From Candidatus Moraniibacteriota bacterium (GTDB lineage Bacteria > Patescibacteriota > Minisyncoccia > Moranbacterales > GCA-2747515): a stretch of 64,000 nt of DNA. The stretch lies in assembly GCA_040772365.1 (NCBI GenBank), contig JAXGYI010000002.1:2762-66761 (forward strand). The letters are read 5' to 3'. Below the pieces are notes generated by a model. The model worked only from the letters and a program-made list of their open reading frames with translations. It was not told where the DNA came from and ran no database searches. Positions 11,396 through 18,723 of the stretch are shown piece after piece; positions within the stretch are counted from its first letter, which is position 1; the number at the start of each line of letters is the position of its first letter. A program made the translations under genes and the position numbers.

Positions 11396-12643
11396 ATGCA
11401 AAAAACGGTCATAATAGTTGAACATGACACGCCAAAAGAATTTTTGTTAAAAAAAGCAAAGGAAAGAGGGTATCGTGTTGTGATGGTTGCAAATAGTCAG
11501 AATGAACTGTTTAATAAATATCTTCCCAATGAAGATGTTTTAATCACTGATGTTTTCAATTTGCACACAATTCTGGAAGATGTGCTATTTTTTGTGAAAA
11601 AAAATAACTTGCATATAGATGCGGTAGGAACATTTAGTGAAGAACTTGTTGTAGCAGCATCAGACATTGCGCAATCTTTGGGATGCAAAGGAATTGGACA
11701 ACTAGCAAGTAGAAGAACTTCAAGCAATAAACTGGCCATGAGAATGAGATTAGATGAAGTGGGAATTATGCAACCTGCATTCTCAGCGTTCAATATTTTT
11801 GAAGATAATGATGACATGCTGCGTAGTTTTCCAAAGCCCTGTGTTATAAAGCCGATTTTTGGCACTTCAAGTCATGGCGTTATTCTGATTGAAGAAAATG
11901 ATTTTGATTACAAAAAAATACAAGAAATAGTTAAAGCGACGGTGAATCGTAAATGTAGAGAAGCATTTCGAAGATTTCGCGGAAACATGCTTGTGGAAGA
12001 ATATATTCCTGGAGATATGATATCTGTTGATGGATTTGTTAATGATGGAAAGGTATCTATTATTGGCACCTTGGAATTTATAATGGGGAAAGAGCCATAT
12101 TTTACACAAACAGCGAGTTATATTCCGGCACGTTTATCAAAATCGCAAAATGGTAATATCCAAACATATGTTAATAATGTCATACATGCATTAGATTTTG
12201 ATTGCGCTCCATTTCATATGGAAATTCGAATAAAAAATGAAAAACCACATTTGGTGGAAATTGCCGGCAGAATGGCTGGAGCCACAATTCATGAAGCTTA
12301 TGATAAAGTTTATGGAATTGATATGATTGGCTTGATGTTTGACTGTTGGTTTGGAGAATTATCATTTCCAAAGTATCAACATAAGGGAATCAATTATCAT
12401 GAGTTATTTTATCCGAAAATTAATGATACTTGTATATTAAGCGAGGTAAAGGGCATCGACGATATAAGAAAAGAAAAAGATATATGGCATTTCAAAATGA
12501 TATCCGATAAAGGTGACACCTTAAAAACATATCCTAATTTGCCAACCCCACTATTTGAATATGCAATTTTTTCAAAGAATTTTGCTGAAATTGAAAGAAT
12601 TAAAGATATGATAAAAAAAATGATTACGTATGATATCCAATAA
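11396..12643 (+). CDS. ATP-grasp domain ligase
   Basis: CVIKPIFGTSSHGVILIEE and LVEEYIPGDMISVDGFV, typical ATP-grasp B/C-domain motifs. Confidence 0.6.
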   Translation: MQKTVIIVEHDTPKEFLLKKAKERGYRVVMVANSQNELFNKYLPNEDVLITDVFNLHTILEDVLFFVKKNNLHIDAVGTFSEELVVAASDIAQSLGCKGIGQLASRRTSSNKLAMRMRLDEVGIMQPAFSAFNIFEDNDDMLRSFPKPCVIKPIFGTSSHGVILIEENDFDYKKIQEIVKATVNRKCREAFRRFRGNMLVEEYIPGDMISVDGFVNDGKVSIIGTLEFIMGKEPYFTQTASYIPARLSKSQNGNIQTYVNNVIHALDFDCAPFHMEIRIKNEKPHLVEIAGRMAGATIHEAYDKVYGIDMIGLMFDCWFGELSFPKYQHKGINYHELFYPKINDTCILSEVKGIDDIRKEKDIWHFKMISDKGDTLKTYPNLPTPLFEYAIFSKNFAEIERIKDMIKKMITYDIQ

Positions 12644-12666
12644 GTTTTATAATTGAGAATACGGCA

Positions 12667-13135
12667 ATGAAAACTATTTATCTAGGATGTGATCACGCGG
12701 GATTTGATTTTAAAGAAAAGGTGAAGAACTATCTAATTAAGAAAAAATTTGATGTTGTAGATTTTGGCACATATACATACAATGAATATGACGATTACCC
12801 AGATTTTTTACATCCTGTAGCTCAGGCGCTTTCGCAAAATCCACAGGAGAGAGCAATAATTTTTGGAGGTTCTGGCATGGGGGAGTCGATATTGTTGAAC
12901 AAATATAACGGTATACGTTGTGGCGTATGGTATGGAGGTGATAAGTCAATAATTGCAAACTATAGAGGAACATGATGATATTAACGCTATAGCTATTGCA
13001 TCGCGCTATGTGAATGAGGATATATTGTATGATATTGTTGATGTTTTTTTAAGCACAGATTTTATTAAAGAGGAAAAATATATTCGTAGACTGAATAAGA
13101 TTGAAAATAAATTTAAAACCGAAAAGGGAGTGTGA
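12667..13135 (+). pseudogene. rpiB: ribose-5-phosphate isomerase B / sugar-phosphate isomerase (RpiB/LacAB family), frameshifted
   Basis: MKTIYLGCDHAGFDFKEKV...GGSGMGESILLNKYNGIR matches the RpiB N-terminus; the C-terminus NAIAIASRYVNEDILYDIVDVFLSTDFIKEEKYIRRLNKI matches in frame 2 after a single-base shift near 12950. Confidence 0.6.
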
Positions 13136-13152
13136 CCCTTTTCGGTTTTAAT

Positions 13153-14214
13153 CTAGATGGCATATAGTTTTGCGAACATCTCTGAGCCAAAACCGCTTGA
13201 ACAAAAAACCATCTTATGATTATTGAGTAGTCCTTTTATCCAATCCTTGGCGCCACCATCAATTAAAGAACATCTCTTACCATTCATATTTTCTGCGGAT
13301 ATTTTGAAACATAATCCGCTATGATAACCAAGACCAGCTGACCTTTCCAAATGATACTGGAAAAGAATATCTGGATAGCTATTGGCAAGTTCTTTAATCT
13401 TTGGGTCAAATAATTGGAATAGTCGAAGCTCGTCTGTGATGTCAATTACCTCGCTTGATGTTGAATCTATCTCATTCGGATTAATAGTTGCCGGAATATC
13501 AATGCCAAGACTTTTAAAAGTCGGTTTTTCATCCGTCCGAATTGACTTCGAAAATGCATTCCTATCGATGTTTAACCACTGGACAACCTTCTCCATGATG
13601 TGCGTATTGGATATTGAAACCTTGATGTTTTTCAGAAAATATTTTCCTGAAGAATTCAAAGCATTCAATATCATCAGCCATGAAAATATATGGCTTCCAA
13701 TCAAGTCTAAAATTATCTGGGAATCAGAGTTTTTTTGAGTACTTGATAGGGCAAATCCACGAAAGTGCTGTGTCAGGTTTGATTCAAGTGAAAATTTTTG
13801 CATCCTTACCATTCGACCACTTGTTGCAAAGCATAAGGGACTAACAGAATCAGTCCATTTTTTTGCAGATTCTAATGCGAGTAGTATTGTGATATCAGCA
13901 AGCACCTCAACATCTTTAATGGTTGATAGTACTGTTTTTTGGCTAATCTCACTGAGCGTGCTACTTGCACCAATTGGTGCAAGGGGTGAAAAATCAAGAA
14001 GCTCAAATTCATGAGGAAGAGCTTCTAGAATAACACTATCTACATTAAATAACGTACGTGCATTAGTTGAACATGGTCCCACAAAAGCATTTCTCTCGTA
14101 GTTTTGACGAATATCCGAATGTTTAAGGCTTTTGACCTTTTCAAAAACAATAGATAACAGGTAAGAATAAAACTTACTCCACCTCATTGTGATGATATCT
14201 TCTGATTTATTCAT
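13153..14214 (-). CDS. hypothetical protein; possible HisRS/HisZ-like class-II aaRS-fold paralog
   Basis: C-terminal LIDGGAKDWIKGL...CSSGFGSEMFAKL weakly resembles the HisRS motif-3 region (GGRYDgL...aVGFaiGlERL); otherwise no match. Confidence 0.3.
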   Translation of the reverse strand: MNKSEDIITMRWSKFYSYLLSIVFEKVKSLKHSDIRQNYERNAFVGPCSTNARTLFNVDSVILEALPHEFELLDFSPLAPIGASSTLSEISQKTVLSTIKDVEVLADITILLALESAKKWTDSVSPLCFATSGRMVRMQKFSLESNLTQHFRGFALSSTQKNSDSQIILDLIGSHIFSWLMILNALNSSGKYFLKNIKVSISNTHIMEKVVQWLNIDRNAFSKSIRTDEKPTFKSLGIDIPATINPNEIDSTSSEVIDITDELRLFQLFDPKIKELANSYPDILFQYHLERSAGLGYHSGLCFKISAENMNGKRCSLIDGGAKDWIKGLLNNHKMVFCSSGFGSEMFAKLYAI

Positions 14215-14382
14215 TTTTCACCTCCTCGGTTGTTAAGGTTCTTGACTGGTGATTCTATATCTTTACAGTACAATTGTCAATTTGATAATATTGACTGATG
14301 TGGTTATTTCTGCTAACCTGTTTTGAAGGCAAAAATAGTGATTTTGTACGTTAACATCATAAGATATTGGGAGGCTCATATT

Positions 14383-15234
14383 ATGAACGCCACAATTTTA
14401 TATGGACTTTTAGAGGCCGCATTTATTGCAAAAACAATGAGTGATAGTTGGGCTAAGTATATGAGCGAAGTTGGTGATTATTTGTGTGGAAATTTCATGC
14501 ATCGCTCAATGGGATTGGTTTGCGATAATGCTTCAGAAATCGAATATGTATACACAGCAGTATTTCCAGAAAAAAGTATTATGCAAGCGATATTAGATTC
14601 AGGACAAAAAAACGCATTGCTATTTGTGCATCACCCATCTGTTTGGAGTTATATAAACGCAAAGTTTACATATGTACAAATGGAAAGAAAGCTTTTGCAG
14701 GAATTCAAAAACAGGAATATATCAATATACTGTTTGCATGTTCCTCTGGATGCCTTCGGAAACTATTCTACGGGTGTAACGCTTGCAAATGCATTGGGTT
14801 TTGATATAGAAAGTTCGTTTGGTCAATATCGCGGGGCGGAGTGTGGAGTTATTGCAAAAACAAATCTCCATGATGTACATGACTTAACAAATGTTTTATC
14901 AAGAATTATTGGACATAGCGCAAAGCTGTATTCGTATGGCGGTTCTGACAATAAGAATGGTAGTGTTGCAATATTGCCGGGAGGTGGAAACGATATTGCC
15001 TTCATCAAAGAGGTTTACCAAATTGGTGTTAATACTGTCATTGTGGGAGTTTCTTCTTTGAACCAAGACACTTACACTGCGCATGAGTTCGAAAAAGATA
15101 AGGGGATTAATTTGATTGGGGGAACGCATTACTCAACGGAAAAATTTGCATGTGAAGCGATGTGTTCATTTTTTCACAATATTGGAATTCAATCAGTATT
15201 TATTCCTGGAAATCCGTTAATGTTAGACTTATAA
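14383..15234 (+). CDS. NIF3 (YbgI/YqfO) family dinuclear metal centre protein
   Basis: LLFVHHPSVW and IYCLHVPLDA motifs, GGTHYSTE near the C-terminus. Confidence 0.6.
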   Translation: MNATILYGLLEAAFIAKTMSDSWAKYMSEVGDYLCGNFMHRSMGLVCDNASEIEYVYTAVFPEKSIMQAILDSGQKNALLFVHHPSVWSYINAKFTYVQMERKLLQEFKNRNISIYCLHVPLDAFGNYSTGVTLANALGFDIESSFGQYRGAECGVIAKTNLHDVHDLTNVLSRIIGHSAKLYSYGGSDNKNGSVAILPGGGNDIAFIKEVYQIGVNTVIVGVSSLNQDTYTAHEFEKDKGINLIGGTHYSTEKFACEAMCSFFHNIGIQSVFIPGNPLMLDL

Positions 15235-15256
15235 GAAAGGAGGGTTAATACAAAAA

Positions 15257-15292
15257 GCCGCAATCAATTGATTTATGAATTGTGGCTTTTTT
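15257..15292 (+). terminator. intrinsic terminator after NIF3-like gene
   Basis: gccgcaat / attgtggc 8-bp stem (one G:U) followed by TTTTTT. Confidence 0.6.
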
Positions 15293-15353
15293 AATTAGAA
15301 TGTGATATTATATTGGTGGTCAAACATCAATTTACACGAAGGAGGATACAACG

Positions 15354-15506
15354 ATGACAATTGACATGTTAGACCGACAAGAGCTCGACGATGTAAAACT
15401 GGCTCGTATGCACCTTGAAGCGTATAATGCCATGATGGAAGCAAGACGAAATTATGAACCATTTGCAGGAATTTGGAACCGCATTCGCCGCATTTTTTGC
15501 AAATGA
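15354..15506 (+). CDS. small ORF (50 aa) with strong SD
   Basis: GAAGGAGG 7 nt upstream of ATG; MTIDMLDRQELDDVKLARMHLEAYNAMMEARRNYEPFAGIWNRIRRIFCK. Confidence 0.3.
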   Translation: MTIDMLDRQELDDVKLARMHLEAYNAMMEARRNYEPFAGIWNRIRRIFCK

Positions 15507-15603
15507 TGAATAAAATCGCCTATCTCACAAAAATACTCTTATACCGCGTATGGGAGTATAATCTTTAAAAAATTAATATTATCTCACGAATCACCTCATT
15601 TTT

Positions 15604-15729
15604 AGGGAGATTAGGTGACGAGAGTTGATGGTCAACATCAGGTTCTCAAAACCCATAAGGTCGTTTGCACATCTTTTAGTGTGCAATCGCGACTCAAGAT
15701 AGACGTATAGGACTAACCGTAAAAGACAG
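15604..15729 (+). repeat. direct repeat copy 2, preceded by a degenerate 16S 3'-end-like sequence (aatcacctcattttt)
   Basis: 124/126 identity with 6951-7076; upstream aatcacctcattttt resembles 16S terminal ggatcacctcctttct. Confidence 0.9.
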
Positions 15730-15825
15730 TGAACAAAAATACATAACAAAGAGCACGGGCTTTTTGTTGTTTATTTTTGTTCGTTAGAAAATTTAAAAAA
15801 ATATCCACATACGAAGGAGGGGTGG

Positions 15826-16200
15826 ATGGATATTTATGGAAAACTTGAGAATGTGCGAAACACCCAAGAGGTTTCGCATTGGCACTTGACGTTCACAAAG
15901 AAGGTGCCAAAGGGTGTTCTCACCATTGGCAACCGATGGGTGGTGACGCTTAACCACCATAGTGGAGAAGCGCTTTTTGATCGGAACGGTTTCCAAGTCC
16001 GATTTGGATCCAAACCAATCGGACAGCCAGCAGAAGAGGAAGCTGCACTACTAAAAGTGTTTTATCAGCTTCTACACCTATTTAGTATCGGGATTGATGC
16101 TGCTCCAGTTGAATTGGAGTATATGGTGGATGAGGATATTGGCAAATTTCTCCTCAACCGCTCGATCACGGCTTCTCTGGAGCCACTGAGGTTGTCATAA
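15826..16200 (+). CDS. hypothetical protein encoded inside the 16S-tRNA-Ile spacer
   Basis: AGGAGG 5 nt upstream of ATG; 124-aa ORF with host-like GC; no recognisable domain. Confidence 0.45.
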   Translation: MDIYGKLENVRNTQEVSHWHLTFTKKVPKGVLTIGNRWVVTLNHHSGEALFDRNGFQVRFGSKPIGQPAEEEAALLKVFYQLLHLFSIGIDAAPVELEYMVDEDIGKFLLNRSITASLEPLRLS

Positions 16201-16276
16201 TTTTTCCTCCCGAGGTATAGCTATTTTTTTTGGACAGTGGCTGCCCAGTACTTCAGGAGGAATTTTGTTGTAGAGA

Positions 16277-16352
16277 GTGCACGTAACTCAATTGGGAGAG
16301 TGCCTGTATGATAAGCAGGTGGTTGCGGGTTCGAATCCCGTCGTGCGCTCCA
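16277..16352 (+). tRNA. tRNA-Ile (anticodon GAT)
   Basis: 76 nt; acceptor gtgcacg/cgtgcgc, U8, D-stem actc/gagt, anticodon loop atGATaa, T-loop ttcgaat, CCA encoded. Confidence 0.85.
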
Positions 16353-16407
16353 ATATGCAGCGTAATACCATGTGTGCTGCATAAGCAATACTGCTTATAG
16401 ATTATAG

Positions 16408-16438
16408 AACCGGTTCGTTAATAACGTGCCGGTTTTTT
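16408..16438 (+). terminator. intrinsic terminator after tRNA-Ile
   Basis: aaccgg...ccggtt stem followed by TTTTTT. Confidence 0.55.
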
Positions 16439-16551
16439 CTATAGGTGAATGGTTGTATGATACTAGGAGAGATCTAATGTACGCGACATCATACTATATA
16501 AAAACATAGTAATGCTATGGAAGGTTTATCACGAGACTTTTGTAAACTCAG

Positions 16552-17629
16552 TGTGCAATAAAGTGATAGAGGGTGATTATTGTTAACATTGCAGCAAAAC
16601 AGGTAACACTTTTATTAATAAAGGTGTATGCTAAAACGTTATTTTTAGCATAAAACCTCATGAATACCTACGATCCGCGATATATGCAATTACAACAGGA
16701 AAAATTGGAAATGATCATAGTAAAGCGACAGAGCGTCAGATCTGTCGCCAAAGAGCTTTCCGTATCACGAAAAACCATTTACCAGTGGTTGGTACGATAC
16801 AAAACATATGGATTGGACGGATTAAGAAAACAAAAGAGAAAGAAGTATCCCATAGCCCATAACAGAACAAAACAGCATATTGAAAAGACCGTAATCTTTG
16901 TTGCAAGGCAATTCCACACCGAAGGTGTGGAATCTCTTTCAGATATCCTTTATGCGGAATATGGCATTACGCTGCACTCCACGACAATTTACAGGATTCT
17001 TAAAAGAAACAATATCAGATACGGACCATATCATGCCCATACACACAAAAGATGGAAAAAGAAGCTGTATGCACATAGAATACCGGGATCGGAGCTCCAA
17101 ATGGATACGATGTATCCATTTGGATACAAAGCAGGGAAGGTTGTTTACACGATTATTGATGATGCAAGTAGATGGTCATATGTCAAAACATATGATAGAG
17201 CAAATGGTACAAATACTGTCGATTTTTTAACCAACGTCATCAAAAGATCATATTGTGACATTTATAAAATTCGTACAGATCATGGAACAGAATTTATCAA
17301 TGCAAAAACACAAGATTTTCTTAAAAACAACAATATTGTCCATAGAAGAAATACTGTAGGATGTCCAGAGCAAAATGGGAAAATCGAACGATTCCATCAA
17401 ACGCTCAAGAGAGCTTTCAGGTACCATATTCCGTATGACAGTTCTATTGATTCCATGCAATACAAGCTTATCTTGTTCATGCAGTATTACAATTATACAA
17501 AAAGACATCGGGGACTTGGCATGCATGGGCTAACGCCCATGCAAAAGCTGAATGAATTAAGAAGTGTTACCTTGACGCTGCAATGTCACAATTATTGACA
17601 ATACCCATAATATGTGATATAATTGCACA
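16552..17629 (+). mobile_element. IS481-family insertion sequence (about 1.08 kb), apparently intact
   Basis: terminal inverted repeats TGTGCAAT... at 16552 and ...ATTGCACA at 17629; single HTH+rve transposase ORF. Confidence 0.6.
16660..17598 (+). CDS. IS481-family DDE transposase (HTH + rve integrase core)
   Basis: N-terminal HTH (SVRSVAKELSVSRKTIYQW); DDE core TIIDDASRW...RTDHGTEF...NGKIERFH. Confidence 0.8.
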   Translation: MNTYDPRYMQLQQEKLEMIIVKRQSVRSVAKELSVSRKTIYQWLVRYKTYGLDGLRKQKRKKYPIAHNRTKQHIEKTVIFVARQFHTEGVESLSDILYAEYGITLHSTTIYRILKRNNIRYGPYHAHTHKRWKKKLYAHRIPGSELQMDTMYPFGYKAGKVVYTIIDDASRWSYVKTYDRANGTNTVDFLTNVIKRSYCDIYKIRTDHGTEFINAKTQDFLKNNNIVHRRNTVGCPEQNGKIERFHQTLKRAFRYHIPYDSSIDSMQYKLILFMQYYNYTKRHRGLGMHGLTPMQKLNELRSVTLTLQCHNY

Positions 17630-17666
17630 TTAACGTAGTATCTCGTATGATTTTTAGCGATATTGT

Positions 17667-18686
17667 ATGAATAAGCGTATTATTGCTACAATTTTGATTT
17701 TTGTCCTGACGTTTGGTCTGATCTATGGCATGCTCTCCGGGGGCATGGCGGTGTTTTCACGTCGTTCGGTGGCATATGATACGGAATCGGAAAAGACAAC
17801 TAAGGATTTTGGTATTCCCAAGGCGTGGCAAGAGAGGTATGGTGTGAGTGTGTTGTCGGAGGTGGATCTCTTGCGCGATGACGACAATGACGGGTTGACG
17901 CTGAAAGAGGAATACATTCACAATACGGATCCCAATAATCCTGACACGGATGGTGACGGCTATAATGACGGGCGCGAAGTTGCTAATGGATACAATCCCG
18001 CAGGCGATGGCATTTTGGATGAGAATAAAAACGGCATTCCCGATAAATACGAAAAAGATGCCGCCGGCAATATCATTGCAGACACGGATGAGGATGTGGA
18101 TGGCGACGGTTTAAGCGCGCATGAGGAATACTTGTTTGGCACGGATCCCAATAATCCTGACACGGATGGTGACGGCTATAATGACGGGCGCGAAGTTGCT
18201 AATGGCTATGACCCTACGGTGCCGGGTGACGCGCGTATTGCCGTGACGATTGAGATTGCCAAAATTGATGTGAAGGTGCCAGTGGTGCTTGCCAAGAGCG
18301 ATGATGAGAAAACACTGGAAAGCGATCTGAATTTTGGCGTGATCCACTATCCTGGCACACCGCTGCCCGGACAGCGCGGCAACGCCTACATTGCTGGACA
18401 CAGCAGTAACTACTCGTGGTCCAAAGGTAAATACAACTATGTGTTTAAGCGATTGAATGAAGTGCAGGAGGGTGATGTGATCACCGTACGCTTCCTCCTT
18501 CACAATCGCAAAGAGATTATCTATAGCTATCTTGTGCAGACCAATGTGGAGACGGCACCGGATGATCCCCGCATCTTTGAGCAAGGGTATTCCAAGGAGT
18601 TAACGCTGACAACATGTTGGCCGCTCGGTTCCGATGCACGTCGCTTGATGGTGAAGGCAGTCTTGCAAAATGACGACACGAACTAA
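17667..18686 (+). CDS. sortase (transpeptidase) with N-terminal TM and thrombospondin-type-3-like Ca-binding repeats
   Basis: repeats [22 protein letters not shown] x2; catalytic YIAGHSS (His), LTLTTCWP (Cys), downstream ARRLMV (Arg). Confidence 0.7.
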   Translation: MNKRIIATILIFVLTFGLIYGMLSGGMAVFSRRSVAYDTESEKTTKDFGIPKAWQERYGVSVLSEVDLLRDDDNDGLTLKEEYIHNTDPNNPDTDGDGYNDGREVANGYNPAGDGILDENKNGIPDKYEKDAAGNIIADTDEDVDGDGLSAHEEYLFGTDPNNPDTDGDGYNDGREVANGYDPTVPGDARIAVTIEIAKIDVKVPVVLAKSDDEKTLESDLNFGVIHYPGTPLPGQRGNAYIAGHSSNYSWSKGKYNYVFKRLNEVQEGDVITVRFLLHNRKEIIYSYLVQTNVETAPDDPRIFEQGYSKELTLTTCWPLGSDARRLMVKAVLQNDDTN

Positions 18687-18723
18687 TATGTGGAGTGTAT
18701 GTGACACGGAGCGCGTGACGGGT

